Of a stretch of DNA of 64,000 bases, positions 52,801 through 61,640 are shown piece by piece. The notes beneath the pieces are model-generated. The model was not told the DNA's origin, ran no database searches, and was given only the letters and a program-made list of their open reading frames with translations. The translations under genes were made by a program, and so were the position numbers. Location: contig CBDBCZ010000019.1 of assembly GCA_965203295.1 (NCBI GenBank), positions 512,001 through 576,000 of the forward strand, read 5' to 3'. The stretch is from Nitrospirales bacterium. Lineage in GTDB: Bacteria; Nitrospirota; Nitrospiria; Nitrospirales; UBA8639. Numbering within the stretch: the stretch's first letter is position 1; each line of letters opens with the position of its first letter.

Positions 52801-53994
52801 CTAATGCAAAAACGATAGCATCTTAGCCTTCGGAAGTTGCTTCGTCCTCTTAAAAAACTCGGTTTCAGTAATTTCCGTTGGCCATTGGAGCCTCACTGCC
52901 ATCTTAAACTTGTCCTCTTCGATTTTTTCAATTGTTATAGCACCTAGTTGGTCTAAGCTAAGAATATCTCGGATCATGGCTTTCATTGGATTCTTTAAGC
53001 GCATATATTTAGGGCTCATAGTATAGGACAGCTTTGTCCATTCCATAGAGTCATCTGGCTGATCTAGTAGGCAGTTAAGAATATCAAGCTGACGTTGGGC
53101 GATCACATGCTTACGTGGTGTTTTTAGTCGCCCAAAGAGTTGAAGCGCTAGATTTCGGAACAGTTCTTTTGAAATATGGTGCTGGATTTCAGTCAGTAAT
53201 CTACGACTTTGGGTAGTTATACCCTTAAGAGCGAATTGCATAAATGGCGTCAGGTCGTAGCTTCTCTTGCGCACCTCAGAAAGGGTGGCAAGATAGGCAG
53301 ATTTTTCTTCGTAATAATAATTTGACATTGCGATGAATGAAGTAGACCGAAGTCCAGCCCGTTGTAACAGTAAAGCCTCTAGCGCACGAGCCGTTCTTCC
53401 ATTGCCATCCAGGAATGGGTGCATCGCCGCCAGATGATAGTGTGCCGCAAGTGCTTGCAGTATAGCATCATGTTCAGGATACTGACGTTGAAGCATTTGA
53501 GCGAACTCGGCGAAGACGACTTCACACTCCTTGCCACCTTCTACCCCACGATGTCGAGGATTTCCGAAGTTTACATTTTGGTCTTGACGCCGAATTCTTC
53601 CAGGTGGGCAATGATCATCATCAGCTCCCGTTACAATATAAGAGTGAATGTCGCAGATTAATCCACTGTCTATAGGTCTATCGTTGGGGATGGTTGTGAT
53701 CCAACGATAGGTCCGCATGGCTGCGTGTGCTTGCTTTTGCGAACGTGTCAACAGCTGCTCGGAAGTTTCTTTTAGTGCGACATCTAATTCTTTTTCAGTG
53801 AATTCGGCCCCCTCAATCCGTGAGGTTCCTGCTACTTCTCGCTTTAATTCAATTTGCTGTAAAACCTCAACCCAATGGCGTTGATAAGGAATCGTCTGAA
53901 GAGAGAGTACGCCAGCTTTAGCCTCAGCGAGCCCATTCACGATCGACTCAGGCTGATATTTAATCCAGTTTTTTGGGATCTCATAGGTGACCAT
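52801..53994 (-). CDS. Fic-domain protein
   Basis: Canonical HPFLDGNGRTAR motif; N-terminal TSRIEG inhibitory-type motif. Confidence 0.95.
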   Translation of the reverse strand: MVTYEIPKNWIKYQPESIVNGLAEAKAGVLSLQTIPYQRHWVEVLQQIELKREVAGTSRIEGAEFTEKELDVALKETSEQLLTRSQKQAHAAMRTYRWITTIPNDRPIDSGLICDIHSYIVTGADDDHCPPGRIRRQDQNVNFGNPRHRGVEGGKECEVVFAEFAQMLQRQYPEHDAILQALAAHYHLAAMHPFLDGNGRTARALEALLLQRAGLRSTSFIAMSNYYYEEKSAYLATLSEVRKRSYDLTPFMQFALKGITTQSRRLLTEIQHHISKELFRNLALQLFGRLKTPRKHVIAQRQLDILNCLLDQPDDSMEWTKLSYTMSPKYMRLKNPMKAMIRDILSLDQLGAITIEKIEEDKFKMAVRLQWPTEITETEFFKRTKQLPKAKMLSFLH

Positions 53995-54464
53995 GTGAAT
54001 AACAATAATCTTATTTCATTTCCATGTCAAATAATTTATATTTTTTATAAGTTACTGATAATATTAAAAATAATATACATTATTTTATAAATAAATAAAT
54101 CAATATGATTTAAAAATTTCCATTATATTTATATCTGGTTTCTTCGTTATAGCCATTGCTTATTCTGGCAGTCGAAAGAGGGATGATTTTTGCAAGTTAC
54201 GCAGTAGTCCAGCGTCACGGCCTCAAAATTGCGTTTAAGCGGAAATCTTGAACCAGCTGGAAGTTGAGCAAAGCAGTCATCATCACTATCGATGAGCTGT
54301 TAGATCGAATAGACGCGGTCTGATTATCATGCAAACGAGATGTGCTAGAAGAGGTTTCTCTAGCAAAAAATCTTGCGTCTCTGGAGAATGAGTCAACCTT
54401 CTGATTTTTGTAGTTGTCAGAAATTCAACGTTTTGTGGATAATGGCCTAGAGGTCAACAATTGT

Positions 54465-55934
54465 ATGCCAAGCTTAGAAGAACTTCCATTCGATAACACC
54501 TATTCCAAATTGCCAGAAATTTTCTATCAACGGGTGAAGCCAACGCCTTTTGAGAAGCCGTTCGTTGTGAGTTTTAATCCGGCAGGAGCTGCGCTCATCA
54601 ATCTTCATCTGGATGAAGTGAAACGGCCAGAGTTCGTCGAGTATTTTTGCGGGGCTCGTCTATTCCCGGGAAGTGAACCACTCGCCATGCTGTATTCAGG
54701 TCATCAGTTTGGTCATTATGTGCCTCAGCTTGGCGATGGACGAGCCATTTTGCTGGGAGAGGTACGTAATCACTCAGGGGAAAAATGGGACTTACATCTT
54801 AAGGGCGCAGGGCTGACGAGGTACTCACGAGATGGAGATGGTCGGGCAGTTCTCCGGTCATCCATTCGGGAATATCTGTGTGGTGAAGCGTTGCATGGGT
54901 TAGGTATTCCCACAACACGGGCTTTGTGCATTATCGGAAGTGAAGAACTTGTCTATCGTGAATTTCCAGAAGCAGGGGCTATGTTGGTTCGTATGGCTCC
55001 TAGTCATGTGCGGTTTGGGACTTTTGAAGTCTTCTTTTATCGCCAGCAACATGAGCATCTCAAAATTCTAGCGGATTATGTGATTGATGAGCATTTTCCA
55101 CATCTGACCAATGATTCCGATAAATACGCGCGGTTTTTGAGCGAAGTCGCTGATCGGACGGGTCGGTTGATTGCCCAATGGCAGGCTGTCGGTTGGTCTC
55201 ATGGGGTGATGAATACCGACAACATGTCGATACTGGGATTGACCTTGGATTATGGACCATTCGGGTTTATGGATGATTTTAATCCCGGTTTTATTTGTAA
55301 CCATTCCGATCGCCATGGTCGGTATTCCTTTCAAAATCAACCGGATATCGCATTTTGGAATATCCGATGCCTCGCTCAAGCGTTGTCACCGCTAGTGTCA
55401 ACTGCTGATGGACATCAGGCGCCGGCATTGTATGAAGTGACGATGGTTCATCACTATGCTGACTTGATGCGAAAGAAATTAGGCCTACAGGAATCTCACG
55501 CAAGCGATGATACATTAACCACCGACCTCCTCCGCCTTCTGCATGCAAATCGTGTAGACTATACAATTTTCTTCCGTGCCCTCGGTGACTTTTGGCAAGA
55601 GAGGGGAGAAGCCAATGCCCCGATTCATGATCTGTTCATTGATCGTGAAGGCTTCGATCGATGGGCTGATCGCTATCGTGCTCGGCTGCACGCGGAAGAG
55701 AGTCACGATGCGGATCGTAAGCCGCGGATGAATCAATGCAACCCCAAATATGTCCTTCGGAATCATTTGGCTCAGACGGCGATTCACCAAGCGACCCAAG
55801 AGAATGACTATTCGGAGATTGATCGCCTTCTTCATCTGCTTCGAGACCCCTTTGCCGATCATGTGGACATGGAAGAATATGCCGCGCCTCCGCCGGATTG
55901 GGGAAAGCATATTGTTGTCAGCTGTTCCTCGTAG
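54465..55934 (+). CDS. selO: Protein adenylyltransferase SelO (YdiU)
   Basis: YSGHQFG, QLGDGRA, LKGAG, DGRAVLRSSIRE, HGVMNTDN, DYGPFG and C-terminal SCSS. Confidence 0.96.
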   Translation: MPSLEELPFDNTYSKLPEIFYQRVKPTPFEKPFVVSFNPAGAALINLHLDEVKRPEFVEYFCGARLFPGSEPLAMLYSGHQFGHYVPQLGDGRAILLGEVRNHSGEKWDLHLKGAGLTRYSRDGDGRAVLRSSIREYLCGEALHGLGIPTTRALCIIGSEELVYREFPEAGAMLVRMAPSHVRFGTFEVFFYRQQHEHLKILADYVIDEHFPHLTNDSDKYARFLSEVADRTGRLIAQWQAVGWSHGVMNTDNMSILGLTLDYGPFGFMDDFNPGFICNHSDRHGRYSFQNQPDIAFWNIRCLAQALSPLVSTADGHQAPALYEVTMVHHYADLMRKKLGLQESHASDDTLTTDLLRLLHANRVDYTIFFRALGDFWQERGEANAPIHDLFIDREGFDRWADRYRARLHAEESHDADRKPRMNQCNPKYVLRNHLAQTAIHQATQENDYSEIDRLLHLLRDPFADHVDMEEYAAPPPDWGKHIVVSCSS

Positions 55935-55966
55935 TCCTTCTTTAGGTCGATTGGTGCTTCTTACTC

Positions 55967-56656
55967 ATGCGAGCCATTCTCCTTCTTCTCATCGTAATGG
56001 CTGTCTTGCTCGGTCCACAATTGTGGACCCGGCGGGTGTTTGCCCAATATCGACATCATCGAGACGACTACCCGGGGACTGGGAGTGAACTCGCCAGGCA
56101 TTTGCTCGATCGTTTTAATCTCGCCCACGTCAAAGTCGAAACCACGGAACTAAAGGATCATTATGATCCTTTAGACAAAGTCGTACGTCTGCTTCCCGAC
56201 AACTACAATGGGAAAACGCTGACCGCCATTACCGTGGCAGCCTATGAGGTTGGACATGCGTTACAGGATCAAGCGGGCTATCCTCCGCTGAGAGAACGCA
56301 CCCGTCTCGTTCGCTGGGCTCAGGGCGCTGAAAAGATGGGATCGTTTGTCATGATCGGAATTCCTATTGTGGCGGCCATCACTCGTGCTCCAGCAGCAGG
56401 ATTGCTTGTCCTCATAGCAGGGTTAGCGATCATGTCCGTGGGTGCTTTGGTGCATTTTATCACCCTTCCCGTTGAGTGGGATGCGAGCTTTCGCCGGGCA
56501 TTACCGGTTTTGCAACAAGGGCATTACATTTTGTCCAAAGATAAAGATATGGAAGGCGCACACCGTATTCTGACAGCAGCGGCGCTCACCTATGTTGCGG
56601 CCTCTCTTGGAGGACTCTTGAACGTGTGGCGGTGGATCACCCTGTTGCGGCGTTGA
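55967..56656 (+). CDS. Zn_peptidase_2 (YugP-like) membrane peptidase homolog, motif YEVGH
   Basis: DHYDP, AAYEVGHALQ, TLPVEWDAS and AAALTYVA. Confidence 0.88.
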   Translation: MRAILLLLIVMAVLLGPQLWTRRVFAQYRHHRDDYPGTGSELARHLLDRFNLAHVKVETTELKDHYDPLDKVVRLLPDNYNGKTLTAITVAAYEVGHALQDQAGYPPLRERTRLVRWAQGAEKMGSFVMIGIPIVAAITRAPAAGLLVLIAGLAIMSVGALVHFITLPVEWDASFRRALPVLQQGHYILSKDKDMEGAHRILTAAALTYVAASLGGLLNVWRWITLLRR

Positions 56657-56715
56657 GATGAAGATGTCGGGAAGTTGGGTAGTTCTTCAAACCTGCTTTA
56701 CAAGTCTTTCAAAGT

Positions 56716-56787
56716 GCCGAGTTTCGCCCCGGCGGACGAGGTCCTTTTGTTTCGGCAAAAGGACCAACAACCATGTCCGCCCGGCGT
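56716..56787 (+). repeat. Structured intergenic repeat, family 1, copy b (truncated)
   Basis: GCCGAGTTTCGCCCCGGC plus the 26-bp hairpin at 56740-56765. Confidence 0.9.
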
Positions 56788-56793
56788 AGCCCT

Positions 56794-56919
56794 AAAAGGA
56801 TGTTGAAAAAGTTCACCAGCGGCGTTCTCGTTGCTCAAAAGCCTCAACGTACTTTCCTGTACGCCTCGACCTTCTCACTGCTTGCGGCCTTGCTGAGTAA
56901 AATTTTTGAACATCCTTTT
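56794..56919. mobile_element. MITE-like element (~126 bp), family 2
   Basis: TIRs AAAAGGATGTTGAAAAA / TTTTTGAACATCCTTTT; no ORF. Confidence 0.8.
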
Positions 56920-56997
56920 CTAGCTTAGGAAAATCTTGGCTAAGCCAAAAGCGGGAAAGCATAAGAACCATGTGGTTAAAATAATGAGGGAAAACTG

Positions 56998-57240
56998 ATG
57001 AAGAAATTCAGGGCAATTTTATTTCTAGTAGTTCTGGTTTTGCTGCTTATTGTGATGGGAGGTTGTGTTGGCGAAAGTCCCGAGAGTCTCTTTGAAACCG
57101 CGCAGTTTGAGGAAAAGCAGACAAATTTTGAACATGCGAGACAATTGTATGAGCAGATTATTCGGGATCACCCAGATTCCGAATGGGTGAAAAAAGCCAA
57201 AGAGCGGTTAGAGGCGTTGAGTAAATCTGTGGGGCCTTAA
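56998..57240 (+). CDS. Small TPR-like lipoprotein
   Basis: Hydrophobic signal plus MGGC lipobox; LYEQIIRDHPDSEW. Confidence 0.8.
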   Translation: MKKFRAILFLVVLVLLLIVMGGCVGESPESLFETAQFEEKQTNFEHARQLYEQIIRDHPDSEWVKKAKERLEALSKSVGP

Positions 57241-57342
57241 GGTTAGAAAAAAGAGACAGGCCTTGTATTTTCATATTCGAGGGACACAGAGTCAAATTAG
57301 GGTCAGACTCGAATTTTGATCTTAGCTATTGCTAATTTCTTT

Positions 57343-57648
57343 TTACTCTGAAAGTTTACGGAGCGCTGCCTCAGCCGGGGTCTCTAGCTTCTTTGTTTGA
57401 TTACAGGATCGACAGGCGGTGACCACGTTTCCCCTGGTCGATTTCCCTCCGCGCGCTAGCGGAACGATGTGATCCATTGATAATTCGGTTAGTGGTACTT
57501 TTTGACCACAGTAGTGGCAGATGCCACGAGAAATCTGGTTTTTCCACCATTGGCTTTGCTTCAGCTTTCTTGCTTTTTCCCGTTCAAGCCGAATGCTTTT
57601 GGCGGTTTCGGGATCAGGGTCGATTTCGAAGTAGGGTTCGGGGCACAC
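57343..57648 (-). CDS. Standalone HNH endonuclease
   Basis: CHYCG, MDHIVPLARGG and NVVTACRSCN motifs. Confidence 0.9.
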   Translation of the reverse strand: MCPEPYFEIDPDPETAKSIRLEREKARKLKQSQWWKNQISRGICHYCGQKVPLTELSMDHIVPLARGGKSTRGNVVTACRSCNQTKKLETPAEAALRKLSE

Positions 57649-57656
57649 GGATTCTA

Positions 57657-57689
57657 CCTCCCCTTGCCCCTCCTTACAAAGGAGGGGAT
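57657..57689. repeat. REP-like hairpin
   Basis: CCCCTCCTT-ACA-AAGGAGGGG; degenerate relative near 28804. Confidence 0.6.
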
Positions 57690-57709
57690 ACGGAAAAGAT
57701 CTTATTCAT

Positions 57710-57970
57710 GCCGGGTTTCGTCCCGGCTTATTAGGCAGATAGGGTTCAAAAGTAATATCTCCTGGGTTTAATCTGCCTTCTGTGTGGCCGAGAAGCTTTA
57801 TAAAGGTCCTTTTGTTTCGGCAAAAGGACCCCAAACCATTCCCGCCCGGCGTGGTCCTTTGGATCTCCTGCGAGGCTCGCCGAATCCGGCGGCTGCGCAA
57901 CTCGCTTCGCTCAAACAGTGCTCGCCGTTGTTCCGGATTCGGCTGTGCTTCTCGGCCACGCCAAAGGCGG
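57710..57970 (+). repeat. Structured intergenic repeat, family 1, copy c (with ~76-bp insert)
   Basis: Hairpins at 57710-57727 and 57805-57830; ACTCGCTTCGCTCAAACAGT and terminal CCACGCCAAAGGCGG match copy a. Confidence 0.9.
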
Positions 57971-58033
57971 GCAATCATTAGATGAGTTGAAGCATGAGTT
58001 TAGAAACCAATAGGGAGATTGTGAAGAAAGGTG

Positions 58034-58822
58034 TTAATCTAAAGCAAGCGTGAGGCATTTGGCTGACCCACCGGCTTTGAGGAATTGGTCGAGTTCAACC
58101 GGGTGAGGGATGTAGCCTCGGTCTTTGAGCATGGCCATGGTCTCGGTGCATTTATCTGGTAGAACGACGTGTTTGCCCACACAGACGGCATTGCACGCAA
58201 AACGTTCAGGGACTACTAATCGGCGTTCTTCTTCAACTCTGTTCGCAATCGTGGTTTGAGCGTAGGAGTCGAATGCGGAAGGATAGTAAAGCAATTCTCC
58301 ACCGCTCAACGGGCAGAAGCATGTATCGAGATGATAAAAATGTGCGGACAAGAGTTCAAGGGGAAGAATGGCTTTTCCATATATCTCGCTGAGTCGAAGG
58401 TATGAACGGATATCGCTTCGTTGTCGATACCCACCGAACCATGTGTCTGGAAAACCGAAAAGATCTCCGGCTCCTTCAAAGTAGCAGTCTTTGTCCAAAA
58501 AAATGAGTTGGTAGCCCTTTTCGGTAAACCACCGTTCAAAATGTTGTTCTTCCCGTTGCCGTTCCGGATGGCGGAATCGACTCGGAACCACCTTCCCTTC
58601 GAATACCACACCGGCGTTGGCGGTGAAGACAAGATCGGGCAATCCCGATACTGGAGTCATTCGCTCCAATTTGGCTCCGACTTCTTCTTTCAGGACTCGC
58701 GTCAGTCCACGCCACTGAGCTCGAGCTTGTTTGGGATCGACGGCGTTGGATACCCGCATCCATGGGTTGATTTCATATTCGATCCCGAAATAATCCGGTG
58801 AACAAACAAGAAGCCGTCCCAT
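58034..58822 (-). CDS. Amidinotransferase superfamily enzyme (ArgZ/AgrE N-terminal arginine dihydrolase-like)
   Basis: YEINPWM, PDLVFTANAG, FEGAGD, YHLDTCF and GGSAKCL. Confidence 0.9.
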   Translation of the reverse strand: MGRLLVCSPDYFGIEYEINPWMRVSNAVDPKQARAQWRGLTRVLKEEVGAKLERMTPVSGLPDLVFTANAGVVFEGKVVPSRFRHPERQREEQHFERWFTEKGYQLIFLDKDCYFEGAGDLFGFPDTWFGGYRQRSDIRSYLRLSEIYGKAILPLELLSAHFYHLDTCFCPLSGGELLYYPSAFDSYAQTTIANRVEEERRLVVPERFACNAVCVGKHVVLPDKCTETMAMLKDRGYIPHPVELDQFLKAGGSAKCLTLALD

Positions 58823-58825
58823 TAG

Positions 58826-60072
58826 TTACCCCTTCCACCCAAGTTCTCGGGCGACTTGGCGGAGAAACGATGAAGAATCCATGACTAACCCTACAGCTTG
58901 AAAACTCCCACGGTCACTCAGTTTAGTTGGGACCGCAGGATTAATGTCCACACAGACGCTAGGCACGTTTGTCGGAAGAAGGTTCCCAGTTGCGATCGCG
59001 TGAAGAGTTGTCGCCACCAGGAGCGCGAGCCCCACTCCGGGCAAAGCCTTCCGCATGGCCGCTTGAGCTTGCAGGCTGTCGGTGATGACTTCCGGGAGGG
59101 GGCCATCATCACGAATACTACCGGCCAGCACCATTTCAACATTGTGGCGGATACAAGCAGCCATGATTCCATCTGTGATGATTCCGGATTCTACTGCTTG
59201 CTGAATGCTCCATTCGGCTCGAATACGGTAATGGTGCGCAAATGGTGTTCGTGCCCGTGAGGTACAGAGCAGCCTGCGCGCAAGCCGAATCCAAGAGATG
59301 TCCCAAACAAGCTCGCTTCCATATCGTGAGCGGCTAAAGCATTCCCGCAGAATAAGGTATGAATGTACCCTTCCTGAATGAGCCATGAGACGGCTTCCCG
59401 GCCATCAGAATGGACAATGGCTGGACCTCCAACTAAAAGAACTTTGTCCCCAAGGTTTGCATCGCGGTGTGATATTCGGTTGTCTCGAATAGCCGCCATT
59501 CTTCGAGCCACATCTATAATGATAGGTTGATGTGGCCATTCCGAAGACACCTGAGCTTCCATAAACCCAAAGACGTCTCGCTCTTTGGGTCGTTCCAGCG
59601 GAAAAACTCGAACACCTGTTCTCCCGACGACGATCAGGTCGCCACGCTTCACTTCTGCCATGGGAATCGTTTGAGCTGTGGGTGGATTAAGTGTGATGAG
59701 GATGGCGAGGTCCATTTCGATGGACTCAACGTCTATCCATTGATCATGCAATCGAACCTGTGTCGGAAGATGAGACGTGGCGTAAAAATTGTTCGGCAGT
59801 ACTCCGTCACGTGGGGTCGGTTCAAAGAGGCAGTCGGCAATCTGTTCAACACGGGCACCGTTCGACTGTATCGTTCGAAGAATGTCTTCCAGAAGTTTTT
59901 GTGTCTCCGCCTGGACTCGAATTTTCGCTCTGGATGATTCTTCTCTGGTTTCGCCTATTTTTACCTCAGTGAGGTCGAAGGTTCCCCCCATTTGGAGGAT
60001 GGTATCCAAAACCTTCGCTAAAATGAGCGAGTCGATGATGTGGCCTTCTAGGGTGACGATTTCTGAATTCAT
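58826..60072 (-). pseudogene. TIGR00300 / LOR-SDH-like ornithine cyclodeaminase-type protein, frameshifted
   Basis: GHIIDS, GNALAAHD, HGHEHHLRTI, then a 1-nt loss near 59230; VLAGSIRDDGPLP and KLSDRGS. Confidence 0.88.
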
Positions 60073-60191
60073 AAATTCATCATACCATAGGAGATCCGGT
60101 CTCTATCTTTATGGATCGGTTTTCCTATGCGAAGAGCTAAGATTTATAGAAAATCCTGGTCGGTACGGAGATGGAGTGGTATACTTAAACT

Positions 60192-60830
60192 ATGTTCTGG
60201 CGCAAGATAATTCTTGTGACAATTTTTAGTGTGAGCCTGCTTGCGAGCGCATGGGTTATGTCACCGATCTGGGCTGGCATGGAAGAGGGAGTCTTTTACG
60301 GGTTCACAGGACATATTTACCAACAAATCAATAGGGATAAACGGGAGTTTGTAGATGCCGAGTCCTGTACTCAATGGTTCTACCAACAACTGAGAAAACC
60401 CCCACGTCAATCCCCAGTTCAACGTACATCAGTGGTCCCTCTGGCGCCGAGGCGACAGGGAGACGATGAGACGGAACGGTGTTTATCTGAATATCCGAAT
60501 GGGATTGACGGAGCAAGGCAAGCTTTTGGTGAAACGCAGTCCGCTCTTCTCTTGAGCGTTAATGTGTACCAGTTCGCCCTAGTAGGCGATAGAGACGATG
60601 ATCGCGAATATAGTTCGCAAGAATTACGGGATGTGCTGGAATCGTTTGGAGTAGCGTTTTCTCAGAGAAGGACTCGGGAGGACTACGTAACGAGTTTAAA
60701 CCGCAAATTTGACTCTCTTCATCAATCTGGTGAGTATTCCGTTCTCCACGACGGGATCAAGACGTTGTACGAAAAAGGCTACCGTCTCAGCAGCGCGGAT
60801 CAGGAAGCGTTGAATCGCGTGCTTGGATAG
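60192..60830 (+). CDS. Hypothetical secreted protein with EF-hand-like loop
   Basis: Signal peptide; DRDDDREYSSQE. Confidence 0.7.
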   Translation: MFWRKIILVTIFSVSLLASAWVMSPIWAGMEEGVFYGFTGHIYQQINRDKREFVDAESCTQWFYQQLRKPPRQSPVQRTSVVPLAPRRQGDDETERCLSEYPNGIDGARQAFGETQSALLLSVNVYQFALVGDRDDDREYSSQELRDVLESFGVAFSQRRTREDYVTSLNRKFDSLHQSGEYSVLHDGIKTLYEKGYRLSSADQEALNRVLG

Positions 60831-60840
60831 TTTCCTGATT

Positions 60841-61521
60841 TCATTGAATCCTTTCGAACGCCTCACGTGAGCGGCTTCGTACTGTTTGATCCCAATCCTC
60901 CTTCATCGTGATGGCCAATTTGTCTTTGGCTTCTTGAGCGCGCATCCGCCCCAATGCTAAAGCGGCATTTCCTCGGACGTACGCATGGTCGTCTTCTAAT
61001 GCACGAATGAGAAGAGGAATACTTTCACGGTGTTGAAGAATTCCTAAATGGCTCGCGGCCATTCCGCGGATTCGATGTTGTTTATCTCTGATCGCGGATT
61101 TAAAGGTCGCAATACATGCCTTTGCCATTTCAGGGGCGGTAGCTTCCAATCCTTCGAGTTCATATTTGTTTAACTCAACGATCTCTATCGCAAGTTCAAA
61201 TTTTTTCCTTGGCGCGCGCTCCTTCGAGAATGCTTCAATCAATTGATCCCTTCGTCTTTGTGTGTTGCGACGCGTTCGAACCTTCCGAATTCCCACCCAT
61301 GTCACCAGGCTAAGAACCGATACCGAGAACAGAACTGGAATAACCTCGTCAATGATAAAATCTTGTGTGTCAAAATCAAGGTGATTCCATGTCCAGATCC
61401 CGGCAACGATGAGACCTAGAAGCAAAAGCACCGAGGCCAAACCAGCCGGTCCTCGTGGTTGAGGCTCCTTTGGTGATGACTCCTGTGGCTGAAGATTTTT
61501 GCTAAGGCTGTTAGGCAGCAT
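60841..61521 (-). CDS. Membrane protein with C-terminal HEAT repeats
   Basis: Two TM segments; IRGMAASHLG and VRGNAALALG. Confidence 0.85.
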   Translation of the reverse strand: MLPNSLSKNLQPQESSPKEPQPRGPAGLASVLLLLGLIVAGIWTWNHLDFDTQDFIIDEVIPVLFSVSVLSLVTWVGIRKVRTRRNTQRRRDQLIEAFSKERAPRKKFELAIEIVELNKYELEGLEATAPEMAKACIATFKSAIRDKQHRIRGMAASHLGILQHRESIPLLIRALEDDHAYVRGNAALALGRMRAQEAKDKLAITMKEDWDQTVRSRSREAFERIQ

Positions 61522-61640
61522 AGGTGAACTTTAATGAGCTAGGGATGACTTCAGAAGCAATCAATGAGAAACATGATACAACACTGATGGCGTCAGGCCT
61601 TCTAAAGCTCGCTTCCAATTCTGTGCGGTATCCATGCTCT

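Noticed and set aside
54135..54330. Possible gene remnant ending KLSKAVIITIDELLDRIDAV
   Set aside because: Too short and degraded to assign
55900..55934. Selenocysteine in SelO
   Set aside because: The C-terminus is SCSS followed by TAG; no in-frame TGA
57706..57985. Short ORFs over the repeats (also 40912-41157)
   Set aside because: They are translations of the non-coding structured repeat
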